Positions 29,450 through 39,136 of a stretch of DNA of 64,000 nucleotides are shown one piece after another. The notes under the pieces were generated by a model that worked only from the letters and a program-made list of their open reading frames with translations, made no database searches and was not told where the DNA came from. The DNA lies in the NCBI GenBank assembly GCA_965279375.1, contig OZ257156.1, positions 3,552,001 through 3,616,000 of the forward strand, read 5' to 3'. The stretch's first letter is position 1. Every line of letters begins with the position of its first letter. A program made the position numbers and the translations under genes. Source of the DNA: Gemmatimonas sp. (GTDB lineage: Bacteria; Gemmatimonadota; Gemmatimonadetes; Gemmatimonadales; Gemmatimonadaceae).

Positions 29450-29934
29450 ACACGCAATTCACTCTCGATCCCAAGCTCGACTTCGCCATCGAGCGTTTCG
29501 TCGACGCGCCCCCACGGCTGGTCTGGGAAGCGTTGACCAAGCCGGAGCATCTCAAGGAGTGGTACATGCCCAAGGCGTGGGGACGCGTCGTGCGCGCGGC
29601 GATGGACGTGCGGCCGGGCGGCATGTTCAGCATCGACATCGCCGTGGGTGACGGTCCGGAGATCCCCAACCTTGGCTGTGTCCTCGACGTGGTGCCGATG
29701 CAGCGTCTCGTCTGGACGTCGATGCTCTTTCCGGACTATCGCCCTGCGGTCTTCGACGACATTCCGATCACGGCCATCATGACGATGCAGGCCGAGGGCA
29801 GCGGTACGCGTTACGTCTTCACTGCGCTGCATCGCAACGAAGCCGACCTGGAGAACAACAAGTCGTCAGGATTCTATCAGGGCACCGAGATCGCCGTCGA
29901 TCAGCTGATGGCACACGTGCTGACGCTGAAATAG
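29446..29934 (+). CDS. SRPBCC/AHSA1-like domain protein
   Basis: IERFVDAPPRLVWEALTKPEHLKEW, MDVRPGG, RLVWT and GTRY motifs; ATGA overlap with ArsR. Confidence 0.9.
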   Translation: MNTQFTLDPKLDFAIERFVDAPPRLVWEALTKPEHLKEWYMPKAWGRVVRAAMDVRPGGMFSIDIAVGDGPEIPNLGCVLDVVPMQRLVWTSMLFPDYRPAVFDDIPITAIMTMQAEGSGTRYVFTALHRNEADLENNKSSGFYQGTEIAVDQLMAHVLTLK

Positions 29935-29963
29935 CCGCGAGAAACACGTCGCTCGCGAGAGCG

Positions 29964-30365
29964 TCAGTTCGGGCGAATCTGTACGAGCTCGATGTCGATG
30001 TGGAGCGTCGAGTCGGGCGGGGTGTTGGCCGGGTAGCCCGTCCGGCGGGAGAGTGTCGGTGGCACGATGAGCCGCCGACGCTCTCCGACGCGCATCCCCG
30101 TCACCCCTTCGTCCACGCCGTCGATCACCTGCTTGGCGCCGAGTTGAAAAGTGATCGGCGCCGCACCGCGACTCGTGTAGATCAATCCGCCGCTGGGCAG
30201 CGTTGTGGTCTCGTGGATGGTGACTCTTTGCCCAGTGCGTGCGGCGGGACCGCTACCCTGCGCGAGAACCTCGAAGCGGAGCCCACTCGAGGTCGTGCGC
30301 AGGCGAGAAGGCGACAGGCATGCGCTGAGCAGCACGGTCGCGGCGAGAAGCGAGGTAGGACGCAC
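29964..30365 (-). CDS. FKBP-type peptidyl-prolyl isomerase (probable lipoprotein)
   Basis: TTSSGLRFEVL, FQLG..QVIDGVDEGVTGMRVGERRRLIVPP and PPDSTLHIDIELV motifs; LLSAC lipobox. GTG start inferred. Confidence 0.85.
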   Translation of the reverse strand: MRPTSLLAATVLLSACLSPSRLRTTSSGLRFEVLAQGSGPAARTGQRVTIHETTTLPSGGLIYTSRGAAPITFQLGAKQVIDGVDEGVTGMRVGERRRLIVPPTLSRRTGYPANTPPDSTLHIDIELVQIRPN

Positions 30366-30390
30366 AATGCTGCGAAGCAGTCGGAACCCG

Positions 30391-30483
30391 GAATGAACGT
30401 TTGGAAATGAACGTTTGGGAATGCACGTTCGGATGTGAAGACGCGAACGGGCAGAGGAATCTCCGCGGAGATTGCTCCGCGGA
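30391..30483. repeat. 14-bp tandem repeat x3 followed by a 16-bp palindrome
   Basis: GAATGAACGTTTGG AAATGAACGTTTGG GAATGCACGTTCGG; AATCTCCGCGGAGATT at 30458-30473. Confidence 0.8.
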
Positions 30484-30525
30484 TTCGTCACCTAACCGCG
30501 CGATACAGTTTACCGTGCGGCAGCG

Positions 30526-31881
30526 TCAGGCCAAATCGCTCAAGACCTCGCCCAGCACACCCGTCATCTCGTCGATCTGTGCTCGGCTGACGATCAGCGG
30601 CGGCGCCAGCGCAATCGTGTCACCGGTCTGGCGCACGAGCACCCCGCGCTTGAAGCACTCGAGAAAGACCGCCGTCGCCCGCGCACCCGGCGCGCCTTCC
30701 TTAGGCGAAAGCTCCACCGCGCCCACGAGGCCGATGTTGCGCACGTCGATCACGTGCGGCTTGTCGCGCAGGCCGTGTACGCCCGCCTCGAGGAATTCAC
30801 CCATCACCGCGCCTCGCGTCAGCAGCGACTCCGCCGCGCACACATCGAGCATCGCCAACGCGGCCGCCGACGCCAACGGATGTCCCGAGTAGGTGTAGCC
30901 GTGGAAGAACTCGATGCCATTCGGCGCGCGCGCCACGACCGTATCGTGGATTTCGCGCTTGGCCATGACCGCGCCCATCGGGACGGCGCCATTGGTGATG
31001 CCCTTGGCGGCCGTGATGAGGTCGGGCAGCACGCCGAAGCGCTGGGCGGCGAACGCGGCACCCGTGCGTCCAAAACCGGTGATCACTTCGTCGAAGATGA
31101 GCAGAATGCCGTGTGCGTCGCAGATCGCGCGCAGACGCTCCAGATAGCCCACCGGTGGAATCAGCACGCCGGTCGATCCCGCCACCGGCTCGACGATCAC
31201 CGCGGCAATCGTGTGGCCACCGCGCGCAGCGATGACGCGTTCGAGATCGTCCGCGAACTCGGCGCCGTGCGTCGGCTGTCCCTTGCTGAACGCATTCCGG
31301 GACAGGTCGTGCGTGGCCGCGATGTGATCGATGTGTGGCAGTAGCTGCGCTTCGAACGTGGTGCGATTCGGGGCGATCCCACCAACGGAGATGCCGCCAA
31401 AGCCCACGCCGTGGTAGCCGCGCATCCGCCCCACAAAGCAGACGCGATTCATTTCACCGCGCGCACGATGGTACGCCAGCGCCATCTTGAGCGCCGTGTC
31501 TACCGCCTCGCTCCCCGAGTTGGTGAAGAAGACCCGATCCAGCCCGGCGGGGAGAATGGCGCCGAGCCGGTTGGCCAGCTCGAATGAGAGCGCATGCCCC
31601 ATCTGGAAGCCGGGTGCGTAGTCGATCGCACCAGCCGCGGCGCGGATCGCCTCGACGATCGGCTCCCGACAGTGCCCGGCGTTCACGCACCAGAGTCCGG
31701 AGACGCCGTCGAGGATCGTCCGGCCCTCGGCGTCCCGATAGTGCATGTCCTTGGCAGACACGAGAAGCCGCGGCGCCGACTTGAACGCCCGGTTGTTCGT
31801 GAACGGCATCCACAGCGCGTCCATCGACGGCTGGGCGGTCAGCGGGGCGTGCAGCAGCGCGCCAATGGTCTGGGAGGTCAT
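30526..31881 (-). CDS. Class III aminotransferase (omega-amino acid/beta-alanine:pyruvate type)
   Basis: WMPFT, SGLWCVNAGH, NSGSEA, GYHG, VEPVAGSTG, FDEVITGFGR, AKGITNG and HGYTYSGHP motifs. Confidence 0.92.
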   Translation of the reverse strand: MTSQTIGALLHAPLTAQPSMDALWMPFTNNRAFKSAPRLLVSAKDMHYRDAEGRTILDGVSGLWCVNAGHCREPIVEAIRAAAGAIDYAPGFQMGHALSFELANRLGAILPAGLDRVFFTNSGSEAVDTALKMALAYHRARGEMNRVCFVGRMRGYHGVGFGGISVGGIAPNRTTFEAQLLPHIDHIAATHDLSRNAFSKGQPTHGAEFADDLERVIAARGGHTIAAVIVEPVAGSTGVLIPPVGYLERLRAICDAHGILLIFDEVITGFGRTGAAFAAQRFGVLPDLITAAKGITNGAVPMGAVMAKREIHDTVVARAPNGIEFFHGYTYSGHPLASAAALAMLDVCAAESLLTRGAVMGEFLEAGVHGLRDKPHVIDVRNIGLVGAVELSPKEGAPGARATAVFLECFKRGVLVRQTGDTIALAPPLIVSRAQIDEMTGVLGEVLSDLA

Positions 31882-32004
31882 GACGCCGAAGGTGGCACTG
31901 GTGGGGCCATCCGTCCAGCAGTGTGAGCGGTACGGTCTCGTCTCGGAGTCGTCATGGACGGGCGGGGAATAATCCGGCGCCTGCCGCGCTCTGCTACTTT
32001 CGAG

Positions 32005-32628
32005 ATGACCATGTCTACCGACGCCCTGCTGGCCGATCGCCAGGCCCGTTTCCAAACCTTGGTGCTGCCGCACCTGGACCGCTTGTGCGGATTCGCGCGG
32101 CGGCGGACGGGTGAGATGGGCGACGCCGAGGACGCGGTGCAGGATGCCTGCATGCGGGCGTGGACAGCGTTCGATGAGCTGCGCGACGAGACGAAGGTGC
32201 GCGCTTGGCTCTACCGCATCCTGCGCACGGTCCTCAGCGACGGGCTCAAGAAAGAGGGCCGCCGCCGACAGCTGGTGTCGATTACCCGCCTCGAAGACGC
32301 GCACGAAACGATGGTCGGTGGGGACCCGGATTTCGCCTTCGCCGAAGTCGTCGCCCGAATCGATCGCGAGGTGTTGCAGGCCGCGCTCGAAACGATTCCG
32401 GAAGACTTCGCCACCGCCGTCGAGTTGCACGACATCGACGGTTTCAAGTATCAGGAGATTGCTGACATCACGGCGGTGCCCATCGGCACGGTGATGAGTC
32501 GCATCTCCCGCGGTCGCCGTCTGCTGGCGGGCGCCATCGTTGAACATCGCGCGGAATGGGCGCTCGGAGCCGATGCCGGCACGATCCAGCGCCCGACGTC
32601 GCGCCGACACCACGGGAAGGGGGCCTGA
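32005..32628 (+). CDS. ECF RNA polymerase sigma factor
   Basis: Region 2 DAEDAVQDACMRAW..RAWLYRI; region 4 YQEIADITAVPIGTVMSRISRGRRLL. Confidence 0.93.
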   Translation: MTMSTDALLADRQARFQTLVLPHLDRLCGFARRRTGEMGDAEDAVQDACMRAWTAFDELRDETKVRAWLYRILRTVLSDGLKKEGRRRQLVSITRLEDAHETMVGGDPDFAFAEVVARIDREVLQAALETIPEDFATAVELHDIDGFKYQEIADITAVPIGTVMSRISRGRRLLAGAIVEHRAEWALGADAGTIQRPTSRRHHGKGA

Positions 32629-33506
32629 TGAGTGACCTGACCACCACAGGCGCATTTGCCATTCCGCGTCCGGACGACGATCCGGATCGCGAAAGCCGAC
32701 ATCAGGTGCTCGCCACGCTGCTCGGCGCCTACGCAGACGGCGAGGTACCCAGCGAAACGGCCTCGCAAATCGACGCGCATCTCCTCGGCTGCTCTCGTTG
32801 CCGCAGTGAACTCGAGGTGCATCGCGCCATTCGCGCCCGACTCGAACGCGAGCCGATTCCGGCCGCGTCTCCAGCGATGCGGGAGCGAGTCCTCAGCGGA
32901 ATTCTGGCGGCGCCGGCGACGCAGGCTGTGGCCCAGACGCAGCTGCCCGCTGCCGTCCAACCGCCACGCCGGTGGACTTTCTGGATGATGGCGGCCGTGC
33001 TCGTCGTGGCGGCCATCGCCGGCGCGATGACGGTGCGTTCGGGCACGCAGGCGCCACAGGCGTCGTACACGGTGGTCACCTCGCCATCGCTTCCGCTCTT
33101 CGATGTAGTGCTGGCCGACTATCGCCGTGTGATCGCCACCGATCTGCCGGGGCGCTCGCGCGATCTCGCCACCGTGCGCGAGGCGCTCCCTTTTCCGGTG
33201 AACGCGTTGGTGTCTCCCAAGCTGCGATTGCTCGCGGCGTGGACAACCGATCTGGGGGGCGAGCCGGCGGCGGTGCTCGCCTATCGCTGGAACGACCAAC
33301 TCGTGCTTCAGTATGTCGTCTCGGAGCAGCTCCTCTTTCGTCCGCCCGAGCTGCGTCGCGCGTTCGCCGGTGGCCGTCAGCTGGCATCGCAGGTCGGCGA
33401 TCAGAGTGTGATCGCGTGGCCCTCGGCGGCTGGCGGCGAGCTGCTCGTGGCGGATATGGCGGTCAACGAGATCGCGGCGCTCCGTGCGACGGTGATTGGT
33501 CGCTGA
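32628..33506 (+). CDS. zf-HC2 (ZAS) transmembrane anti-sigma factor
   Basis: LGAYADGE and HLLGCSRC (HxxxCxxC); one TM; periplasmic domain with AAVLAY. TGATG coupling to the sigma gene. Confidence 0.88.
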   Translation: MSDLTTTGAFAIPRPDDDPDRESRHQVLATLLGAYADGEVPSETASQIDAHLLGCSRCRSELEVHRAIRARLEREPIPAASPAMRERVLSGILAAPATQAVAQTQLPAAVQPPRRWTFWMMAAVLVVAAIAGAMTVRSGTQAPQASYTVVTSPSLPLFDVVLADYRRVIATDLPGRSRDLATVREALPFPVNALVSPKLRLLAAWTTDLGGEPAAVLAYRWNDQLVLQYVVSEQLLFRPPELRRAFAGGRQLASQVGDQSVIAWPSAAGGELLVADMAVNEIAALRATVIGR

Positions 33507-33678
33507 TTGGTCGTCGCTGCGCACTGGCGCCACGCGCGATGATCGTGATCTGGAGACCTTTCTGCGTATTGCGTCGATCCGGTGGTAGGCGCTGATTTCC
33601 GGCATGATCTGGATGCCGGTTCGTCCCCACCGACCGTTCGCGCCGTGGGGTGTGTTGCTGCGTACGGTCGCTGAAGCC

Positions 33679-35052
33679 ATGCATGTAGCCGTGCGGAGAG
33701 TCGCGCGGTTGCGCACACTGCCGTTCGGCCTGTTGGTGCTTGCTCCCGCGCTTTCTGCGCAGGGGGCTCCGTCGCGTGCTGATAGCGTGCGCCGAGATAC
33801 GTTGCCGCTCAGCGCCGATTCGCTGACGGCGCGGCTCGCACGGGCCGAGGCGGCGATTGCGCTGCTGCAGCAGCAGTTGGCCACGGAGGCCAGCTCCGCG
33901 GTACGCACACGCTCGCGCATCCAGCTGGAGCTGTCCGGGCGCATCATCACCAACAGCTATTACACGTCCGGTCGCGCGAACAGCGCGGAGCTGCCGCTGT
34001 TCGTGCGGGATCCGGCGCTGCCCGCCTCTGTGCAGGGACGTCCGGGGACGCGCGCGTTCGGCATTTCGCTTCGGCAGACGTTCATTGGTGCAGCGCTCAG
34101 CGTGGACAGCGTGCTGGGCGGAACGTTTGTGGGTGACATCGACGTCGATTTCTTCTCCGGCGGTACCGCGTTCACGGCCGACGCCTTTGGCTTTCCGGAG
34201 ATGCGGCTGCGGACGGTGAACGCACAGCTGCACTGGACGAACACCGCGCTCATGGTGGGCAGCGAGACGCCGCTGATCTCCGACTTGAATCCCGTGTCGC
34301 TCGCGGCCGCGGGTACGCCGGAGTTTGCGGCTGCGGGCAACCTCTGGAACTGGATTCCGCAGGTGCGCGTCTCGCGGACGGTCGCGCGGCGCACGATCGG
34401 TGTCACGCCCGTTCGCGTCGCGCTGCATGCTGCTGCGCTCGCGCCGGTGAGTGGATTTCGGCATCCCGCCGAACCCGATGCGATCGATGCCGGCGAGCGC
34501 GCCGGACGACCGTCGCTCCAGGGGCGCGGGAGTGTGCAGTGGGGCGACGCCGATGCGCCGGAAGATCGCCGTGGTGAAATCGGTGTTGGTGTGCACCGCG
34601 GGTGGTTACGCGTGAGCGGCGATTCGCTCACCATGTCTCGAGCGTTGGCGATGGACGCTCACGTCGGTCTGTCGCATGGATTGTCGCTGCTCGCGGAAGG
34701 CTTCGCCGGGCGCGCCGTGAGTTCGCTGGGCGGAGGCGGCATCGGTCAGTCCTTCGGCGTGCCGCGCGCATCCGAAGTACTCGGGCCGCCGGTACGCGAT
34801 GTCGCAGGGTGGTTTCAGCTCAATGCGCAGACGCATCCGACGTTGCTCAGTGGCGTTGGGTGCGGGCTCGATGTGGCCGACGCGCGCGATCGTCCGCGCC
34901 GCCTCCGCAACGGCGCCTGTGAGGCCCATGTCATTTGGCGGCCCACGCAGCCGATTCTCGTGGGCGTTGAGCTCCGTCGCCTGCGCACCGTCTACGCGAC
35001 AGGCCCCGAACGGGCGACGCATCTGAACATCGCGTTAGGGTTCGAGTGGTGA
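33679..35052 (+). CDS. Putative outer-membrane porin with N-terminal coiled coil
   Basis: Signal peptide (ALSAQ); coiled coil LTARLARAEAAIALLQQQL; DIDVDFF, RLRT and GNLWNWIPQVR; amphipathic strands; ends LGFEW. Start 33604 or 33679. Confidence 0.7.
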   Translation: MHVAVRRVARLRTLPFGLLVLAPALSAQGAPSRADSVRRDTLPLSADSLTARLARAEAAIALLQQQLATEASSAVRTRSRIQLELSGRIITNSYYTSGRANSAELPLFVRDPALPASVQGRPGTRAFGISLRQTFIGAALSVDSVLGGTFVGDIDVDFFSGGTAFTADAFGFPEMRLRTVNAQLHWTNTALMVGSETPLISDLNPVSLAAAGTPEFAAAGNLWNWIPQVRVSRTVARRTIGVTPVRVALHAAALAPVSGFRHPAEPDAIDAGERAGRPSLQGRGSVQWGDADAPEDRRGEIGVGVHRGWLRVSGDSLTMSRALAMDAHVGLSHGLSLLAEGFAGRAVSSLGGGGIGQSFGVPRASEVLGPPVRDVAGWFQLNAQTHPTLLSGVGCGLDVADARDRPRRLRNGACEAHVIWRPTQPILVGVELRRLRTVYATGPERATHLNIALGFEW

Positions 35053-35774
35053 GCCCGATTACCGAACTTGCAGTGCGCACTTTTCTGCGCGTGAGCCGTG
35101 CCGCGACCGTGCTGTATGGCGTCGTGTTGCTCGGCGCCGCCCCGGCGCACGCGCAGGGCACCGTGCGCGGCACGCTGGCACTACTCGAAAAAGCGGGTGC
35201 AACCGTTCGCGATCTCAGCGACGCGGTGATTTATCTCGAAGCGCCCGGACGCGTGGTGCACGATGGGCGCGACGCGTTGGCCACGGCCAAGATCGACATG
35301 CGGCGGCGCGAATTCGAACCGCACGTGCAGATTGTGCGAGTTGGAGGCACGGTCGGCTTTCCCAACAGCGATCCCTTCAGCCACAACGTGTTCTCGAACA
35401 GCGCACTCGGCGCGTTCGATCTCGGGCTCTATCGCTCCGGGGTGACGCGCGGTGCCACGTTCCCGCGCGCGGGGGCATACGCCATCTACTGCAACATCCA
35501 CGCACGCATGGTCAGCTTCGTGCTCGCGGTGCCGTCCCCGTGGGTGGCGAAAGCGGGCAGCGATGGCCAGTTCACCATCGGTGGTGTGCCGACGGGCACG
35601 TACCGTCTGCACGTGTGGCATGAGCGTGCGCCTGAAGTGGTGCAGGAGTTGAACGTCGGGCCGACGGGTGTCGCAGGGCTCGCGCTGACGCTCGATGCAC
35701 GCGGCTACGTCGCCAAGCCGCACCCCAACAAGTTCGGCGCTGTCTATCCGACGACGCGTGCCGACCGCTACTGA
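35049..35774 (+). CDS. Exported cupredoxin + carboxypeptidase-regulatory-like domain protein
   Basis: Signal peptide (AHAQ); FPNSDPFSHNVFS, FDLGLY and YCNIHARM (His/Cys/His/Met type-1 Cu set); GQFTIGGVPTGTYRLHVWHE. Confidence 0.85.
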   Translation: MSPITELAVRTFLRVSRAATVLYGVVLLGAAPAHAQGTVRGTLALLEKAGATVRDLSDAVIYLEAPGRVVHDGRDALATAKIDMRRREFEPHVQIVRVGGTVGFPNSDPFSHNVFSNSALGAFDLGLYRSGVTRGATFPRAGAYAIYCNIHARMVSFVLAVPSPWVAKAGSDGQFTIGGVPTGTYRLHVWHERAPEVVQELNVGPTGVAGLALTLDARGYVAKPHPNKFGAVYPTTRADRY

Positions 35775-37899
35775 GTCGTCGCCAAGTTCGCTGGGGTTCA
35801 CGTGGCGCGTCTTTGCGCTGACCGCAGCGCTCGTTGGCGTCGTGGTCATTGTCGCGCTGCTCGTCGCGTCCGATTCGGTGCGCCGTGCCAGTGATCGCAC
35901 CGCCCATCGCGGACTCGAACAGAGCGCCGATCTCGTCGCACAGTTTCTGGCCGGGCGCGAACGCAGTCTCGCCGGTGGCGCTCGCGTCTTCGTGCAGGGC
36001 CCGTACTTCCGTACGCTCGTGTCCGAGCGTCGTCGCGCCGACATTCTCGATCAGACCTTCGAGGCCGCCGCGCAGCTCGAGTCGCAGTGGGTGTTCATCA
36101 CCGACGGACGCGGCGTGCTGTTGGCCAAATCGGATGAGCCGGGGGTCAGCGGATCGGAGTTGGGCGATGTCCCGTTGATTGCTGGCGCATTGAGCGGTCG
36201 ATCGACGTCCGGCTTTGGCGTCTCGCGTGACTCATTGCTCTTCCAGGCCGTCGCCGTGCCGATCGAGATTCCCGGCGGCGCGTCGATTGGTGTGCTGGTG
36301 GCCACCAAAGTCGTCGATTCCTTGCTCGCGCACGACGTGAAGGTGGCCACGTCGAGTGAGCTGGTGTTCTTCACGCGCGATGTGGATGGCGGCGTGCATC
36401 TGGCCGCGTCCACGCTGGGCACCGACAGCGCGCTCGTTTCAGGCGTGCGTGCGCTCTCGGGAAGAGCGGGAGCAGCGCCCGGCAATGCGCAGCTCCCGGA
36501 GCTGCGAATCAAAGGCACGGACTATCTCGCGCAGCGCACGTCGCTGACGACGGCCGGCGGCGATGTGGTTGGCGGGTTTGTGGTGCTACGCTCGCGCGAC
36601 GCGGAGCGTGCCAGTCTGTCGGACGTGCGCCGTTCGATTGTGGTGGCAGGCGCCATCGGATTCGTGCTCGCGCTGCTCCTGGCGTATGCCGCCGCGCGAC
36701 GCGTGGCACGCCCGGTGCGCACGTTGGCAGGCGCGGTGCGGCGCGCCGCAGACGGCAACTACGAGATGGTCATCCGCAACGCCGTGCCGCAGTCGTCGGC
36801 CGGTGCGGAAGTGGATGAACTGGCCGACGCAGTGGACGCACTCCTCGCCGACCTGCGAGACAAGGAGGCGCTGATCGCCATGACGGTGCGCGAGGCACCC
36901 GCGGCCACGACGGACAACGCTGCGACGCGCGAGATCCCGCGCCGCCGTCGTTCGATCGGTGAGGGAAGTGGGGCAGTCGGAGCTGTGCCACGCATTGGCG
37001 CACGGCAGGGGTTGGTGCTCGCCCCAGGCGACATGCTGGCCAATCGCTATCGCATCGCGGCGCTGCTCGGAACGGGTGGCGTGGGCATGGTCTATCGCGC
37101 CGTCGACCGTTCACTCGGTGAAACGGTGGCCATCAAACTGCTGCGTCCGGAGGTGTTCGCCGCGGATCCGCATGCGTTCGATCGGGTGAAGGACGAGCTC
37201 CGCCTCGCACGGCGCATCACGCACCGCAACGTCGTGCGCACGCACGATATCGGCGAGAGCGACGGCGTGCCGTTCTTCACGATGGAGTTCGTGGACGGGA
37301 CGTCGCTCGCGGATGTCATCCATGCGCGCGGTGCGCTGCCGCCGTCAGCGGTGATCTCGATTGCCAAGCAGCTGTTGCGCGCGTTGGCGGCGGCGCATGC
37401 GCAGGATGTCGTGCACGGCGACCTCAAGCCGCAGAACCTGCTCATCGGCTCGAATGGCGTGCTCAAAGTGTCCGACTTTGGCGTGGCGCGACTCATCCGC
37501 GATCCGCGTCGGAGCGGTGGCGCGCGCGACGGCGCCTCGCTGCAGCTGGCGGGGGCGACGATCGGCACGCCCGAATACATGGCACCCGAGCAGCTCATTG
37601 GCGGTGCGGCCAACTTCCTCACGGACATCTACGCCGCCGGCATCGTCGTGCATGAATGTCTGACCGGTGGCACGCCGTATCGCGCCGACACGCCGATGGC
37701 ATTCTTTGCGCACAAGCTGGTCGCGCCTGACGCGACCGACACAGCCGCTTCCCGCACCGACCGTCAGCCGCTGGTCGTTTCCGATCCGCGCTATTCGGGC
37801 GCGCTCGAGCGTCTCATCTCCAGCATGACTGCGCCGGACGCCGAGCAGCGCGCGCAGTCCGCGTCGGCTCTCCTGCGAGCGTTTGCAGCGCTGGGTTAG
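35758..37899 (+). CDS. Membrane Ser/Thr protein kinase with periplasmic Cache-like sensor and HAMP domain
   Basis: TM1, periplasmic FITDGRGVLLA, TM2, HAMP (RPVRTLA...EVDELADA). Kinase motifs LGTGGVGMVY, VAIK, HGDLKPQN, DFG and GTPEYMAPE. GTG 35758 inferred. Confidence 0.9.
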   Translation: MPTATESSPSSLGFTWRVFALTAALVGVVVIVALLVASDSVRRASDRTAHRGLEQSADLVAQFLAGRERSLAGGARVFVQGPYFRTLVSERRRADILDQTFEAAAQLESQWVFITDGRGVLLAKSDEPGVSGSELGDVPLIAGALSGRSTSGFGVSRDSLLFQAVAVPIEIPGGASIGVLVATKVVDSLLAHDVKVATSSELVFFTRDVDGGVHLAASTLGTDSALVSGVRALSGRAGAAPGNAQLPELRIKGTDYLAQRTSLTTAGGDVVGGFVVLRSRDAERASLSDVRRSIVVAGAIGFVLALLLAYAAARRVARPVRTLAGAVRRAADGNYEMVIRNAVPQSSAGAEVDELADAVDALLADLRDKEALIAMTVREAPAATTDNAATREIPRRRRSIGEGSGAVGAVPRIGARQGLVLAPGDMLANRYRIAALLGTGGVGMVYRAVDRSLGETVAIKLLRPEVFAADPHAFDRVKDELRLARRITHRNVVRTHDIGESDGVPFFTMEFVDGTSLADVIHARGALPPSAVISIAKQLLRALAAAHAQDVVHGDLKPQNLLIGSNGVLKVSDFGVARLIRDPRRSGGARDGASLQLAGATIGTPEYMAPEQLIGGAANFLTDIYAAGIVVHECLTGGTPYRADTPMAFFAHKLVAPDATDTAASRTDRQPLVVSDPRYSGALERLISSMTAPDAEQRAQSASALLRAFAALG

Positions 37900-38915
37900 T
37901 CGTCGCCGTCGGTGACGAACATCCGGTCGGCGATGTGCGCAATCTCTTCCGCGTCGCGCCATGCAGCTTCGAGCGCCGCGAGTTCGCCCTGCATGGCCTG
38001 ACGTTCCGCGTCCTCGTGCACGGCGATCTCGAGCGCGATGCGTTCCACCGGTGTGAGCCCGAGCACGCCGACATCGTCGTCCCAGAAGATGGCATTCTTT
38101 CGACGGCGATTCGTGCGGAGCACGGCACTCTCCCTGATGTAGCGATCCACGTCGCCGACCGCGGCAATCCGCTTGGTCGCATCGCGGATTTGCGCGCGCG
38201 TTCCGCCGTCCTGATTGATGCGCGAAAGCAGGTTGCCGGCGACTTGCAGTGCGTCGGCGCCCTCGAAATCGCTCACGCCATCCGTGTGTGCCACGCGAAA
38301 GGTCCACGACGGGTCGCGTGGGGACGCGACGATCTCGAGACGCGCCACGTGGCTGAATCGCAGGGCGCGCAGCATGCCGTCGGGCGTGCGTACGTGCGCG
38401 AGCACCTTGTCGTAGCCGATACGCGCTTCGGTCGCTTCGAGCGAGTGCAGCAACGTGTCGCGCAGCACGCGACTTCCCGACGCGGTGTAGCCGATGCCAA
38501 CAAGGCCGGCCATTGCACCCACTGCCATCGCCGCACCGTTGGAGAGCAGGGAACTGACCGAGGCGCCTGCCCCGCGCAGTCGACGACGGCGCAGCCGCGA
38601 GCCGTAGCGCCACGCGGCAAACTCGGGGCGCAGCGGCTTCCCCACGCGCACCAGGTCCAGCCCGCCCGACAGCGTCGCCAGTCCGATGTTGTCCGTGGAG
38701 ACGCGCACGACAGTGCTTCGATAGCGCCGCTCACAGGCCTCGACCGCCTCCCACCGCTGCTCGAGCGGCGAGAGGTTCCAGTTCCGGCATTTCGTGCACA
38801 CCACCCAGAGTCGGCCGCGTTCCGCGTCGAAGGCCAGCCGTCGGCCGACCTGAAACGCTTCGATCTCCGAGTTGCGCCCCAGATGGGTGTGGCAGAACAG
38901 GCACGTCGAATACAT
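37896..38915 (-). CDS. Hypothetical protein with N-terminal Zn-ribbon-like CxxC pairs
   Basis: CLFC...CTKC; central hydrophobic segment; helical C-terminus. GGAGGAG RBS before ATG 38915. Confidence 0.8.
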   Translation of the reverse strand: MYSTCLFCHTHLGRNSEIEAFQVGRRLAFDAERGRLWVVCTKCRNWNLSPLEQRWEAVEACERRYRSTVVRVSTDNIGLATLSGGLDLVRVGKPLRPEFAAWRYGSRLRRRRLRGAGASVSSLLSNGAAMAVGAMAGLVGIGYTASGSRVLRDTLLHSLEATEARIGYDKVLAHVRTPDGMLRALRFSHVARLEIVASPRDPSWTFRVAHTDGVSDFEGADALQVAGNLLSRINQDGGTRAQIRDATKRIAAVGDVDRYIRESAVLRTNRRRKNAIFWDDDVGVLGLTPVERIALEIAVHEDAERQAMQGELAALEAAWRDAEEIAHIADRMFVTDGDD

Positions 38916-39136
38916 GAACTCCTCCAGCTGCGTCGGGGAGCGCGTCAATCGTCGCGAACCGCATTCGGCACCACGTTAGCATCCGGCCGTCATCTGTAAA
39001 GCACCGCCATGTCCGACGTCATGTGGCGACGGAGCGCACATCGGCGCGCAGGGTGGGGCTTTTTTCGTCCCACGTGTTGCTACAATGCACAGGGAGAACG
39101 GAACGCGGTCCCACTTCGAGCACGCCTCGCACCCCC

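Noticed and set aside
31882..32655. 258-aa N-terminal extension of the aminotransferase in the ORF track
   Set aside because: It is mostly antisense to the ECF sigma gene; homology to the family begins after ATG 31881.
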